Assembly (NCBI GenBank): GCA_025354885.1
Contig: JANXLY010000172.1
Coordinates: 14,564-78,563 of the forward strand
DNA from: Acidobacteriota bacterium
Lineage (GTDB): Bacteria; Acidobacteriota; Terriglobia; Bryobacterales; Bryobacteraceae
Length of the DNA: 64,000 nucleotides
Direction of reading: 5' to 3'
Below are positions 28,946 through 39,189 of this stretch, in pieces; position 1 is the stretch's first letter, and every line of letters begins with the position of its first letter. A program made the position numbers and the translations under genes. The notes below the pieces were generated by a model. It was not told the DNA's origin, did not search any database, and worked only from the letters and a program-made list of their open reading frames with translations.

Positions 28946-31531
28946 TTAGCGTAGCTCAAGACGGAGGCGGTCGACCGAGGGCGCGCAGCCTTGTGCCGGG
29001 AATTGGGCAAGCAATGCGCGGCCTTTTTCTTTCAAGCCTGGGGTAGCATCGCCGATGCGAAGCGCAAAAGCAATGTTGCGCGCCTGCTGGTAGATTTCAT
29101 CTTTCTGGTTGAAAGTCGGCTTCTTCAGCAAAGGCTCTCTGCGATCACGCGAGGCTGCCAATAATTGGCGCGCCTCTTTTCTGTCACTTTGCTTGATGGC
29201 AATTTCGGCCAGGAGTTCGGGTGCCATCAATTCGGAGGATTGGACGCCCTTCAGCAGGCGTTTTGCCGTTTCGATCTGACCCATCCGAAGATAGGCGAGG
29301 CCCAGATGCAAATCGAGGTTTGAATTGGCACCGTAGCCACTGGCCTCATACAGCTCCTTGGCGCGTTGCGCCGCCAGGATCGCACCAGGCTTTCCGCAAT
29401 TCGCTTCGGCGTCGGACAATTGCTGTAACGCCGAGGTGAGGTTCACCAGATAATTTGCAGACTTGGGAGCAGTTCGATGGAGTTTTTCGTAGCCCGCCAA
29501 TGCTTGAATTACATCGGAGATAGCTTCGCAGGGGCGCTCTTCGCTCGGTTGTGACAGTGCAGAATGCAGATGGGCGCGGCCCACGAGCAGAGCACCTAAG
29601 CGCATCTGCTGGTTGGCAATCAATTCACCCGGCTTTCGATGGGCTTCAAAAAGAGCCAGCCCTTTCTGCACTTGTTCCATCGCGAACTGATGCCGGCCAA
29701 GAAACCTGGCGATCTCGCTGCTGAAGACGTAACAGTTCACCGCCAGTGCGGAATCTGGCAGAGTCAACGCCGGACCGATTGCCTCATGGATCAGCAGCAA
29801 CGCGTCTTCGAGCTTCCCGGCTAGCTCCGCCGAGCGCCCCATAGCAATGCGAATCTCCACATAGGTGCGAGTATCAGCGGTGTCGACGAGGGTGTAGGCA
29901 CGCTGAACAAACTGTTCGGACCGGCTTGCATCGCCGCGACGAGAATACAAATCACTCAGGTGCGCATAGCCGATGGCCATGCTGCGCCGGAGCGACGAAT
30001 CCGAGGGAAACCTTGCCAGCAACGGCTCTTCAATCGCAATCGCCTTCGTATGACTGGCCAGGGATTCGTTGAAGAGACCCAGATGGTCCACCCCGCCATA
30101 ACCTTGTATGTCTCCTACCCGGTGGTAGGCACGGGAAAGTTCTTTCTGGAGCCCAATGTCATTGCCTGCCTCTTCGGAAAGCCGGTCCAGATATCCAAGG
30201 GACTTCTCCATCAACAGGCGCCTTACATTGGCCGCCCCAGGCAGCTTGGCGGCCTCAGGATCGATTTCGTTCAAGAGGCTGGCAGCCAGGCTCCGGACCT
30301 CATCAAAACGCCGTTGAGAGCGGATGCCCTCATGGACGGTAAGGATGGTACCGACCAACATTGCGATGAGCAGCATTGCACCAAGAGCTAGAGGCAATCG
30401 GTTGCGCCGTGCGTATTTCGACCAGCGGTAAGAAAACGTATCTGGGCGTGCAATGACTGTCTGGCCATCGAGGTGCCTGCGGATGTCTTCGGCAAATTGA
30501 GCTACCGAACCATAGCGCCGACCTGGATCCTTTCGCAATGCCATCAACAGAATGTTGTCCAAATCTCCTTCCACTTGCCGCCGCAGTTTGACATCATCGG
30601 CCAATCGAATGGAAGGAGTTGAAAGCTCTGTGGCACAGACAATCTCTTCAATCTCGAGCGGTGCGAGATTCGTGATCTTGTAGGGGCGCTCCCCGATCAA
30701 CAGTTCATAGAGCACAATGCCAAGCGAATAGACATCGGCTGCCACGGTGATCTGTTCGCCTCGCACCTGCTCGGGGCTGGCGTAGTCTGGCGTCATCATT
30801 CGCCAGCCTGTTTGAGTTGTGTCTTTGTCTTCGTCCACCAGCTTGGCAATGCCGAAATCGAGCAACTTTGGCACTCCGCCTGCTGTCACAAGAATGTTGG
30901 ATGGCTTGAGATCGCGATGCACAATCAGCGCGGCATGGGCGTGCTGCACAGCATCACAGATTTGAACGAACAATTCCAGACGCTCTCGGATACTCAGTTT
31001 GCCTTGCCGGCAATAGGCATCTACCGGCTTGCCATCTACAAACTCCATCACCAGGTAGGGAATTCCACCGTGCTCGCCCCCATCAATGAGCCGGGCGATA
31101 AATGGATGCTGCAACTGGGCAAGCATGCTGCGCTCGAGGAGAAAGCGTCTCGCGTTGGCAGCACGCGCAGCGCCTGGACGAATGATCTTGATTGCGACTT
31201 CCTGCTCGAATTTGCCGTCATCGCGGCTGGCTTTATAAACCGTTCCCATGCCGCCTTCGCCAATGGTCGAGAGAATTCGATAGGCACCGAGGCGTTGCCC
31301 CTCAAGTGAACTGAGGCTCGAAATCGCCTGCGTTGCTGCCTCAATCACTGGGGCCACGTGGCTGATCCCTTCGGAGTCGAGGAGCGATTCTACTTCGGAG
31401 CGCAAGGTCAAATCATTGAGGCAGGCAGAATCAAGATACGAAGCTCGCTCTATCGTCGGCAGATCGATTGCCTGCTGAAAGACAGACTCGATCTGATGCC
31501 AGCGTTCCGGAGACATGAGAGGTTCACTCAT
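28946..31531 (-). CDS. Membrane Ser/Thr protein kinase (RD type) with TPR-like C-domain
   Basis: GEGGMG, AIK, HRDLKPSN, DFG, YASPEQ, TM helix; start MSEPLMSPERW. Confidence 0.93.
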   Translation of the reverse strand: MSEPLMSPERWHQIESVFQQAIDLPTIERASYLDSACLNDLTLRSEVESLLDSEGISHVAPVIEAATQAISSLSSLEGQRLGAYRILSTIGEGGMGTVYKASRDDGKFEQEVAIKIIRPGAARAANARRFLLERSMLAQLQHPFIARLIDGGEHGGIPYLVMEFVDGKPVDAYCRQGKLSIRERLELFVQICDAVQHAHAALIVHRDLKPSNILVTAGGVPKLLDFGIAKLVDEDKDTTQTGWRMMTPDYASPEQVRGEQITVAADVYSLGIVLYELLIGERPYKITNLAPLEIEEIVCATELSTPSIRLADDVKLRRQVEGDLDNILLMALRKDPGRRYGSVAQFAEDIRRHLDGQTVIARPDTFSYRWSKYARRNRLPLALGAMLLIAMLVGTILTVHEGIRSQRRFDEVRSLAASLLNEIDPEAAKLPGAANVRRLLMEKSLGYLDRLSEEAGNDIGLQKELSRAYHRVGDIQGYGGVDHLGLFNESLASHTKAIAIEEPLLARFPSDSSLRRSMAIGYAHLSDLYSRRGDASRSEQFVQRAYTLVDTADTRTYVEIRIAMGRSAELAGKLEDALLLIHEAIGPALTLPDSALAVNCYVFSSEIARFLGRHQFAMEQVQKGLALFEAHRKPGELIANQQMRLGALLVGRAHLHSALSQPSEERPCEAISDVIQALAGYEKLHRTAPKSANYLVNLTSALQQLSDAEANCGKPGAILAAQRAKELYEASGYGANSNLDLHLGLAYLRMGQIETAKRLLKGVQSSELMAPELLAEIAIKQSDRKEARQLLAASRDRREPLLKKPTFNQKDEIYQQARNIAFALRIGDATPGLKEKGRALLAQFPAQGCAPSVDRLRLELR

Positions 31532-33716
31532 GCAGATCCCTCCGTAAGTGCTCGATCGAAGAGGCAAGTCCAGCAGAGCCGAATGCTTCGAGTAATTGAA
31601 GACCCTGCTGCCGCAAACCCGGAGTGGTGTCTCCCGCCTGAAGCGCCAACCTGATGTTTTGAGCTTGCTGGTAACGAAAAATCAGCCTCTCGAAGGTCTT
31701 TGCGTTGAGGGTGGGCTGACGCAGGCGTCTTGCTTCAGCAAGCTGCCGCCGAGCTTCATCGCTATGACCTTCGGCCAGTGCAATCTCAGCAAGTAATTGA
31801 AGCGCCTGGGCGTCTGGATGCTGCTGTTGCTCTAGCAAGTTGCGAGCTTCTCTGTTGTGGCCGAGCTTGAAATAGGCAAAAGCAAGGTGCAAATCCAGTT
31901 CCGGATTCACACGCTTCTTGTCACTGTTATAAATCGCGATGGCGCTCTTGACGGTATCGATCGCTTCCGGCTTGCCACAAAGGGCTTGCGCAGTGGAGAG
32001 CATCTGTAGCGCCGTCACGATTTGAACGAGCCGGTTGATCGACTTGGGATCTGCCAGATGCACCTGCATCTGACCTTCAGCCCCACGCTGCAAATCAGCG
32101 ATCGCTTCGCAATGGTGTTCTTGATTCGGGCTAAAAGCCTGCGAGAGCTGCGAACCACGGTCTCTGTAAAGAGTGTGGAGCCGGACAGTTTCAATTTCGT
32201 TTAGACTGCGGGATTCCAGCAGTTGCAGAGCCTGATTGGTGTAGTCGCTGGCCAAAGGAATTCGCCCAAGAAAAAATGCAGTCTCTGATGCCCACCTCAA
32301 GACATTTGCTCCACGGTGGGGGTTCTTCGACTGGAGCGCTGGTCCGATCGCGGACTGGATTGCTGTCAGCGCCTCTTCGAGCCGTCCGTCGAAGTAAAGG
32401 ATGCGATTGAGCGAAATGCATACGTCGATGAAGGAGGCAGGAGAGGATCGATCCACCAGTGCATACGCACGCTGTACGAGAGAGAGAGCCTGGACCGAAT
32501 CTCCGCGCCGGGAATACAGCTCGGCAATGTGCGCATAGCCCCAAGCCAACTGATTCTTCACAGCCGGCCTTTTGGGCAAGCGCTCTTCAATCGCGATGCC
32601 TTTCAGATGGCTTTCCAACGATTCGTTGAACAAGCCCAAGCTAGGCGTGCGGACATTCCCCTGAATGTCACCGGCCAGATGATAAGCGCGACCCAATTCC
32701 ATCTGGAGATCCTGGTCTTCGCTTGCATCGGCAGCGAGGCGGTCGAGGTAGGCAAGGGACTTCTCGATCATCATCCGGCGCAACGTCGTAGAACCTACGA
32801 CTTTTGCAGCCTCTGGATCAATCTCATTGAGGATGCTGCTTGCCAGATTGCGCACCTCCCCAAAGCGACGCTGGGATCGGGCACCTTCGCGAAGAACGAA
32901 TGCGGTAGCAACTGTGACGGCCAGGAAAAGAAGGGCGGCAAGAACGAGAGGCAGTCGGTTTCTTTTGACAAATTTTGACCATCGGTACGAAAGAGTATCG
33001 GGACGGGCAATCACAGTGAGGCCATCGAGATAACGCTTCAAGTCTTCAGCGAACTGGGCCACGGATCGATAGCGCCGTCCTGGTTCCGGCCGCATCGCCA
33101 TGCGCAGAATGTTGTCGAGATCTTCTGGTGCCTGGCCCGCGACAAGCTCCGACAATACAACGCCAAGCGAATAGACATCCGAAGCGATTGTGATAGGCTC
33201 GCCGGCCAACTGCTCAGGACTTGCATAGTGCGGAGTCATCGAGGCCCGCAGTTCCGGTGAAGGGTTGTCGGTGTCACTCAACAGTTTCGCGATTCCGAAG
33301 TCGAGCAGCTTGGGCACTCCATCTGCCGTGACGAGAATGTTGGATGGCTTGAGATCGAGATGAACGATGAGAGCGGCGTGCGCGTGCTGGACGGCTTCGC
33401 ACACTTTGAGAAACAGCACGATGCGTTCTTTGAGGCTAAGGGGCCAATCGCGACAAAAAGCGTCAATGCGCTTGCCAGCAACAAATTCGAGGACGAGATA
33501 GGAAAGACCGTCCTGCTCACCACCATCAATAATCTGGGCAATGTAGGGATGGCGCAGCTGGGCGAGAATGCTGCGTTCGGTACTGGACACGCCGGCACGA
33601 ATCACCTTGACTGCAACAGTCTGCTCAAACTGGCCGTCGTCACGAAGCGCCCGGTAGACGGTGCCCATACCGCCTTCGCCGATTACGGATTCAATGCGAT
33701 AGTTTCCGAAGGTCAC
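31524..33716 (-). CDS. Membrane Ser/Thr protein kinase (non-RD, compact) with TPR-like C-domain
   Basis: GEGGMG, AVK, HLDLKPSN, DFG, YASPEQ, TM helix; paralog of the neighbouring kinase. Confidence 0.92.
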   Translation of the reverse strand: MTFGNYRIESVIGEGGMGTVYRALRDDGQFEQTVAVKVIRAGVSSTERSILAQLRHPYIAQIIDGGEQDGLSYLVLEFVAGKRIDAFCRDWPLSLKERIVLFLKVCEAVQHAHAALIVHLDLKPSNILVTADGVPKLLDFGIAKLLSDTDNPSPELRASMTPHYASPEQLAGEPITIASDVYSLGVVLSELVAGQAPEDLDNILRMAMRPEPGRRYRSVAQFAEDLKRYLDGLTVIARPDTLSYRWSKFVKRNRLPLVLAALLFLAVTVATAFVLREGARSQRRFGEVRNLASSILNEIDPEAAKVVGSTTLRRMMIEKSLAYLDRLAADASEDQDLQMELGRAYHLAGDIQGNVRTPSLGLFNESLESHLKGIAIEERLPKRPAVKNQLAWGYAHIAELYSRRGDSVQALSLVQRAYALVDRSSPASFIDVCISLNRILYFDGRLEEALTAIQSAIGPALQSKNPHRGANVLRWASETAFFLGRIPLASDYTNQALQLLESRSLNEIETVRLHTLYRDRGSQLSQAFSPNQEHHCEAIADLQRGAEGQMQVHLADPKSINRLVQIVTALQMLSTAQALCGKPEAIDTVKSAIAIYNSDKKRVNPELDLHLAFAYFKLGHNREARNLLEQQQHPDAQALQLLAEIALAEGHSDEARRQLAEARRLRQPTLNAKTFERLIFRYQQAQNIRLALQAGDTTPGLRQQGLQLLEAFGSAGLASSIEHLRRDLHE

Positions 33717-34276
33717 GTTCGTTCAGGGTTCATGAAGCGGCCAAGCCAGGCCTCTGCCATGCGTTGCTCGCGTCCCACTGTGGCGACACTGATCGACAAT
33801 GCTTCCGCAGTTTCTTCGACACTCATCCCGGCAAAGAAGCGCATCTCTACAACCTTAGCCTTGCGCCCGTCAAATTTCGCCAGCTCATTGAGAGCGTCGT
33901 CGAGCTGTACGAGGATTTCCGGCCGCTCCTGCGAAGCATCGAGCGCTTCGTTGAGTTGAACTTTGGCCATGCCGGCTCCGCGCTTTTCACGATTGCGACC
34001 GCGCGCATGATCCACAAGAATCTGCCGCATCAGATGTGCAGCCACTCCGAAGAAGTGGGCCCTGTTCTTCCAGTCTTTGTCCTGTTGATTGGCCAGCTTG
34101 ACGTAAGCCTCATGAAGCAATGCCGTTGGTTGCAGAGTATGGCCATCGCGTTCCCGACGCAGATAACTGGCGGCAAGGCGACGCAGCTCGTCATAGACAA
34201 TTGGGGTCAGGGCATCGAGAGCAGCCTGATCGCCGTCGCGCCATTGTTGCAACAACACTGTTACTGGTTCGGACAT
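33713..34276 (-). CDS. ECF sigma factor, kinase-associated (TIGR02999/ECF43-like)
   Basis: VYDELRRLA, TLQPTALLHEAY, MRQILVDHAR...KRG. Confidence 0.93.
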   Translation of the reverse strand: MSEPVTVLLQQWRDGDQAALDALTPIVYDELRRLAASYLRRERDGHTLQPTALLHEAYVKLANQQDKDWKNRAHFFGVAAHLMRQILVDHARGRNREKRGAGMAKVQLNEALDASQERPEILVQLDDALNELAKFDGRKAKVVEMRFFAGMSVEETAEALSISVATVGREQRMAEAWLGRFMNPERT

Positions 34277-34280
34277 GAGC

Positions 34281-34892
34281 TCAGAAGAACCGAATCGCGC
34301 TTACCATTCTGCCAGCTTCGACGCCATCGCGACGGTAGGAGTGGAACTGATCCGGATTGCAGCGGGTGCACTGTTTAGACACCCAGATATTGTCGAGAGC
34401 GAGTCCGGCCTGCTGCAACTGCCGTTCATTCGCGGCGGCGAGATCGACATAGGTCTTGCCCACGGCGTCGAAGTGAGGCGATACTTCTGCACCAACTTCA
34501 AAACAGCATTCGCCGATTCCTGGTCCGATGGCGGCTCGAATTGTCGACAACTCCGCTCCCAGTTCCAGCATTTCAGCGATTGTGTGGGTAACGATTTTTT
34601 CTACCGTTCCGCGCCACCCGGCATGAACTGCAGCGACCACCCTGGCGACGGGATCGGCGAGCAGAATCGGAAGACAATCGGCAGTGCGGACCGAAATCCA
34701 GAGTTCCGGGTTGGTGGTGATCAGCGCGTCGGCTTCGCCCTGAAGACCTGAGACCTTCGTTCGAATTACTTTTCCTGAGTGGATCTGCGTGAGCCACGCA
34801 TGCTTGTCTTCTCCGAGCCATGCGTTTTCGAGGCGGGTTCCGAAGCCATGCTCGACCTCAGACAATTCTTTCAATGGGGGAGCGTGAATCAT
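34281..34892 (-). CDS. pgeF: Peptidoglycan editing factor PgeF / YfiH family
   Basis: QIHS, TADC, HAGWRG, GPGIG, HSYRR. Confidence 0.93.
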   Translation of the reverse strand: MIHAPPLKELSEVEHGFGTRLENAWLGEDKHAWLTQIHSGKVIRTKVSGLQGEADALITTNPELWISVRTADCLPILLADPVARVVAAVHAGWRGTVEKIVTHTIAEMLELGAELSTIRAAIGPGIGECCFEVGAEVSPHFDAVGKTYVDLAAANERQLQQAGLALDNIWVSKQCTRCNPDQFHSYRRDGVEAGRMVSAIRFF

Positions 34893-35443
34893 CCGAGCTG
34901 CACGAGGTTTACACGACGTTCGAAATCGCCCAGCATGCTCTGATCGAGACGCACCCGAGTGGGCTTGCGAGTGAGCGTATGCATCTGGTCGATTTTGTCC
35001 TGCAGCTTCATCAACCCATAGAAAAGGTTCTCGGGCCTAGGCGGGCACCCGGTGATGTAGACGTCAACTGGCACAATTTTATCTACGCCCTGCAAGACAG
35101 AGTAGGTGTTGAAGGGGCCACCGACACTCGAGCAGGCGCCCATCGAGATCACCCATTTCGGCTCTGGCATCTGATCGTAGATGCGCTTGAGAACAGGTGC
35201 CATCTTGAGACTAACGGTACCGGCCACGATCATCAGGTCTGCCTGACGAGGCGAAGGGCGAAACACTTCAGCGCCGAAACGGGCGATATCGAAACGCGAG
35301 GTGGTGCTCGCAATCATCTCGATGGCGCAGCAGGCGAGACCAAAACTGAGGGGCCAGATGGCCGACTTGCGCGCCCAATTGAAGACGTAGTCCACCGAAG
35401 TGGTGACGAAGTTTTGCTCAAACTGATTCTGGAGCGTGATCAC
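34889..35443 (-). CDS. nuoB: NADH-quinone oxidoreductase subunit B
   Basis: [28 protein letters not shown]. Confidence 0.97.
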   Translation of the reverse strand: MITLQNQFEQNFVTTSVDYVFNWARKSAIWPLSFGLACCAIEMIASTTSRFDIARFGAEVFRPSPRQADLMIVAGTVSLKMAPVLKRIYDQMPEPKWVISMGACSSVGGPFNTYSVLQGVDKIVPVDVYITGCPPRPENLFYGLMKLQDKIDQMHTLTRKPTRVRLDQSMLGDFERRVNLVQLG

Positions 35444-35486
35444 AGGGGAACTTTTAGTTTAACTTGGGAAGAGGAAAGAAATTCAA

Positions 35487-35663
35487 ATGTCTGCAAGCAC
35501 TCATAACTCAAACGCGTATACCCACCAGGAAAAAAAGTTTCTGATCGGGCCGCTGATTGTCGGAAGCATCGCGGTTGCGGTATTTCTCTACGTCTACTTT
35601 TCGATTCCCTCGAAACCCTACGAACTGCATGAAGCTACTCATGCGGAGCAGGCTCAACACTAA
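35487..35663 (+). CDS. Small single-pass membrane protein (58 aa, absent from the ORF track)
   Basis: GAGGAAAG upstream; MSASTHNSNAYTHQEKKFLIGPLIVGSIAVAVFLYVYFSIPSKPYELHEATHAEQAQH; fills an otherwise empty gap. Confidence 0.65.
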   Translation: MSASTHNSNAYTHQEKKFLIGPLIVGSIAVAVFLYVYFSIPSKPYELHEATHAEQAQH

Positions 35664-36051
35664 GCCACTGGCGGGCGAGCGCCTCTGCATCCTCATTCAA
35701 GGTCAATAGCCGGCGAGCCGTCTGTTCGCCATTTTCCGTATAAGTGGCCTCAACGCCCAGCGGCGTTGGCTTGAGGTCGAGGCGCCGCTGTTTTGCTTCT
35801 AGACGCAAAGTTGTATCGAGCCAGGTGAAGCGGACCATGGTGCGCTGCTGGTGACCGATGAGGCGACAGGCAGTCAGCAATTTTTCAGTGAAGGGGCCTG
35901 ACTTGAGAGCTTCGGCAACGGGTGCGGCAGCAAGTGTGGCCTGACGCTCCGCTTCTCTCTGAGCGATTTCTTCTTTGCGTTTCGCCGGGTCTTTTTCTTC
36001 GCGCGACTCAAGCGCTTTCAGGTTGTTCTCGAGATTGTCGAGGAAGCTCAT
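35635..36051 (-). CDS. Hypothetical protein
   Basis: MSFLDNLENNLKALE... with GAGGA upstream; protein-like composition. Confidence 0.75.
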   Translation of the reverse strand: MSFLDNLENNLKALESREEKDPAKRKEEIAQREAERQATLAAAPVAEALKSGPFTEKLLTACRLIGHQQRTMVRFTWLDTTLRLEAKQRRLDLKPTPLGVEATYTENGEQTARRLLTLNEDAEALARQWLSVEPAPHE

Positions 36052-36073
36052 ATCCTCACGGTACACTGAGATT

Positions 36074-36490
36074 ATGTTCTTTCGCCGGGAAAAGCCACGT
36101 GAATTTGTATTTGAGGATCGTCTCGAAACACTCAAGCAGAGCGGTATGGCCGTGGGCAAAAAGGGAAATGGCAAGTCTGCAGTAATGCGCAAGGGTTGCG
36201 CCGCAGTGCTCGTCGACCGTGGGGACAAAGTGGAAGTGGAACGGGCGGGTGTTGTGTTGGGCCATGAGATTGGGGAACTGACTCACGGCGGCTATCAAAT
36301 GTTCTTCGTTACGCCAACGGGCGAAAAGGAACCGGCACTAGCCGAACAGCTGGTAGAACTGCATCAATTCCTCGAAGACCTGAAGCAGGGTTTGGGGCAT
36401 GACAGCCTCTACAATACAAGCCTGGGGACCACGAACCAGCGGCACATCTACGATCGCGTCAAGGGCCGTGATCACCAGGCAAAACACTAA
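36074..36490 (+). CDS. Hypothetical protein
   Basis: MFFRREKPRE...; TACACT 6 nt upstream of ATG. Confidence 0.75.
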   Translation: MFFRREKPREFVFEDRLETLKQSGMAVGKKGNGKSAVMRKGCAAVLVDRGDKVEVERAGVVLGHEIGELTHGGYQMFFVTPTGEKEPALAEQLVELHQFLEDLKQGLGHDSLYNTSLGTTNQRHIYDRVKGRDHQAKH

Positions 36491-36491
36491 A

Positions 36492-36980
36492 CTATTTTTC
36501 TTCGATCGTCACACTGGTCAAGGTGTCACCACCCTGAATCGCATCGACAACAGACTGGCCTTCGAGCACCTGGCCAAACACAGTGTGCTTGCCATCGAGC
36601 CAGTCGGTCTTGATGTGGGTGATGAAGAACTGGCTGCCGTTCGTATTTGGACCGGCATTAGCCATGGAGAGACTGCCCACCTTGTGGCGCAACCATTCGT
36701 TGCCAGCGAATTCATCATTGAAGCGATAGCCAGGACCGCCTCGGCCACTGCCTTCGGGGTCGCCTCCCTGAACCATGAAGTTGGGGATCACGCGATGGAA
36801 AACGGTGCCGTCATAGAAGCCGTCTTTCGCAAGAAACACAAAGTTGCTAACTGAATTGGGAGCATTCTTAGGGTAGAGCTCCACGACAATTTTGCCTTTT
36901 GCCGTATCGAAGGTTGCCGTGTATTGCTTGTTGACGTCGATCGACATCGGCGGCGGAGCCGGGTAGGATTTTTGAGCCAT
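36492..36980 (-). CDS. ppiA: Cyclophilin-type peptidyl-prolyl isomerase
   Basis: [40 protein letters not shown]. Confidence 0.95.
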   Translation of the reverse strand: MAQKSYPAPPPMSIDVNKQYTATFDTAKGKIVVELYPKNAPNSVSNFVFLAKDGFYDGTVFHRVIPNFMVQGGDPEGSGRGGPGYRFNDEFAGNEWLRHKVGSLSMANAGPNTNGSQFFITHIKTDWLDGKHTVFGQVLEGQSVVDAIQGGDTLTSVTIEEK

Positions 36981-36991
36981 ATCTTTTCAGT

Positions 36992-37807
36992 TTAAGTGAA
37001 GAGCAGCCGGTACTTCTCATCGAGCTTGCGAACCCACCATAAGTCCGGAGTCGCCATGGGCCGTTGCCAACCCGGTGAAGCGAAGAAGCCACCATGATTG
37101 AATTCGTAAATCACGTTGATGTCCGAGTTGTAAAGCAGGACGTGGCCTCCGCTGAAAAAGAGGTAAATCCCGTTGGGGATTGCATCGAGGCGGAGCAAGT
37201 CTTCGAACCGGGAGCGAGTCAGCGCTTCGAGGTCGCATTTCTGTGAGACCAAGGTTTCGCAGAGTTGTTTTCCGTAACCCGGGGACGGCAACTTTTTCAC
37301 CGAGAACAAGACCATAGGGAAGCTGGTGCAATCGAAGCCTCGCATGACAGGATCTGTTTCGAGGCGTCCGCCGTAGATGAAGTAGCGGAAGCCCTTCAGT
37401 GGTTCAGAAAGAAGCCTGCCCTTGCCATTTCCAGGATAGGTGAGCTTGGGTAGATGCTGCTGGAAGCTGGAGATCTTGAGCTTGCCGGCGTAAGGTTTGA
37501 CATGACAGGTATGCTGAAGGACTTGCGATTTGCGGGTGGTGCCACCGGGGGTTTCAGCCACAAGCCAGACGGGGATATTGAGTCCCCATTTTTCCAGATT
37601 ATTGATGGCATCAAGCACATCGAGTTGTCGCGAAAGTGGAGTGGTGCCTGAAACCTTGACGCGGTTGTCGTTTTCACCCACGCAAAGGTAGACAGGGGCA
37701 GTCTTGTCGGCACAATTGTAATTGAGAGTGAAGCCGGATCCGATGCCGAGATCGGCAAAAGAGAGGAAGTTCAGACCGCTTGGATGAGGGGAAGAACCGA
37801 GCGCCAT
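36992..37807 (-). CDS. Hypothetical protein with NlpC/P60-like Cys-His motifs
   Basis: FIYGG...GFDCTSF...LFFSGGHVLLY...IYE. Confidence 0.6.
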   Translation of the reverse strand: MALGSSPHPSGLNFLSFADLGIGSGFTLNYNCADKTAPVYLCVGENDNRVKVSGTTPLSRQLDVLDAINNLEKWGLNIPVWLVAETPGGTTRKSQVLQHTCHVKPYAGKLKISSFQQHLPKLTYPGNGKGRLLSEPLKGFRYFIYGGRLETDPVMRGFDCTSFPMVLFSVKKLPSPGYGKQLCETLVSQKCDLEALTRSRFEDLLRLDAIPNGIYLFFSGGHVLLYNSDINVIYEFNHGGFFASPGWQRPMATPDLWWVRKLDEKYRLLFT

Positions 37808-37812
37808 TTTGC

Positions 37813-39189
37813 TTAGGATAATGCCTTGTGGATGACCTCACCGGCAACGTCGGTGAGGCGGAAATCGCGGCCCTGATAGCGATAAGTCAGTTTTTTGTGG
37901 TCGATTCCGAGAAGGTGCAGAATGGTCGCCTGAATGTCGTGCACGTGGTTGCGATCTCCGGTTGGAGAGAAGCCGAGCGGATCTGTACCTCCAACAATAG
38001 TGCCTGGTTTTAAGCCACCACCGGCCATGAAGAGTGTGTAAGCGTCGATGTGATGATTGCGGCCAATCTTTCCTTTTTCGCGGACTTCACCCATGGGCGT
38101 ACGCCCGAATTCCCCGCCCCAGATCACGAGAGTGCGGTCGAGGAGGCCGCGCTGTTTGAGGTCTTTGATGAGAGCGGCAGAGGCCTGGTCGATTTCGCGG
38201 CAGACCTGTTCGAGTGGCTTGGTGAGATCGTCATGATGATCCCAGTCCGTGTGATAAAGCTGCACGAAACGGACACCGCGCTCGACAAGGCGCCGAGCGA
38301 GGAGACAGTTGTTGGCAAAGGCGTTTTCAGGAGCTCCGGGTTTGGCACCGTACATGGCCATCGTCTCGGGACTTTCCTTGCCGAAGTCGATCAATTCGGG
38401 GCCGGAAGTCTGCATGCGGAATGCCATCTCGTATTGAGTGATGCGTGTATCGATTTCGTTATCGCCGGTGTACTGCTTTTCAATGGCGTTGAGATCGCGT
38501 AGCGCTTCAATGGTCTGTCGCTGCTGCTCGGGAGTGATGCCCTTGGGCGTAGAGAGGTTTAGAATCGGATCGCCGGTAGAACGAAAAGGGACGCCCTGGA
38601 ATTTGGTAGGGATGAAGCCGCTCGACCAGAGTTGTGCGCCGCTGCGTGGGCCGCGAGGGCCCGACTGCAACACTACAAAACCAGGAAGGTCTTTGGATTC
38701 GCTGCCCAAGCCATAGGTCACCCAGGAGCCAATGCTGGGACGCCCCGCGCGCACTGAGCCGGTGTTCATGAAGAGCTTGGCAGGGCCATGGTTGAAGTTG
38801 TCGGTGGCAACGCCGTGAAACATTGTGAGGTTGTCGGCAACAGAAGCGATGTTCGGAATCAGTTCGGAGAAGTACATGCCACCGTTGCCAGCCTGCTTGA
38901 AGGTGCGGCGCGTGCCGAGCATCTTGGGCGGTTCTTTCGAAAAGGTATCCATGAAGGCGAAGCGCTTGCCTTTGAGGAGTTCTTCGGGAGCAGTTTTGGC
39001 ATCGTATTTGGTGAGTTCCGGCTTGTAATCAAAAAGCTCGAACTGACTCGGGCCACCGGCTTGAAAGAGGTAGATCACAGAGTCGATCTTGGCCTCGTGG
39101 TGCCTGGTTGCGCCTTGCAGATATTGTGCAGCGAGGCTGATGCCGGTGTTGCGGAGGAAGTGGCGGCGGGTGCTTTCGAGTAGGGTCAT
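37813..39189 (-). CDS. DUF1501 family protein
   Basis: TRRHF, GGPSQFELFDYKP, ARRLVERGVRFVQ, GEFGRTP. Confidence 0.93.
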   Translation of the reverse strand: MTLLESTRRHFLRNTGISLAAQYLQGATRHHEAKIDSVIYLFQAGGPSQFELFDYKPELTKYDAKTAPEELLKGKRFAFMDTFSKEPPKMLGTRRTFKQAGNGGMYFSELIPNIASVADNLTMFHGVATDNFNHGPAKLFMNTGSVRAGRPSIGSWVTYGLGSESKDLPGFVVLQSGPRGPRSGAQLWSSGFIPTKFQGVPFRSTGDPILNLSTPKGITPEQQRQTIEALRDLNAIEKQYTGDNEIDTRITQYEMAFRMQTSGPELIDFGKESPETMAMYGAKPGAPENAFANNCLLARRLVERGVRFVQLYHTDWDHHDDLTKPLEQVCREIDQASAALIKDLKQRGLLDRTLVIWGGEFGRTPMGEVREKGKIGRNHHIDAYTLFMAGGGLKPGTIVGGTDPLGFSPTGDRNHVHDIQATILHLLGIDHKKLTYRYQGRDFRLTDVAGEVIHKALS

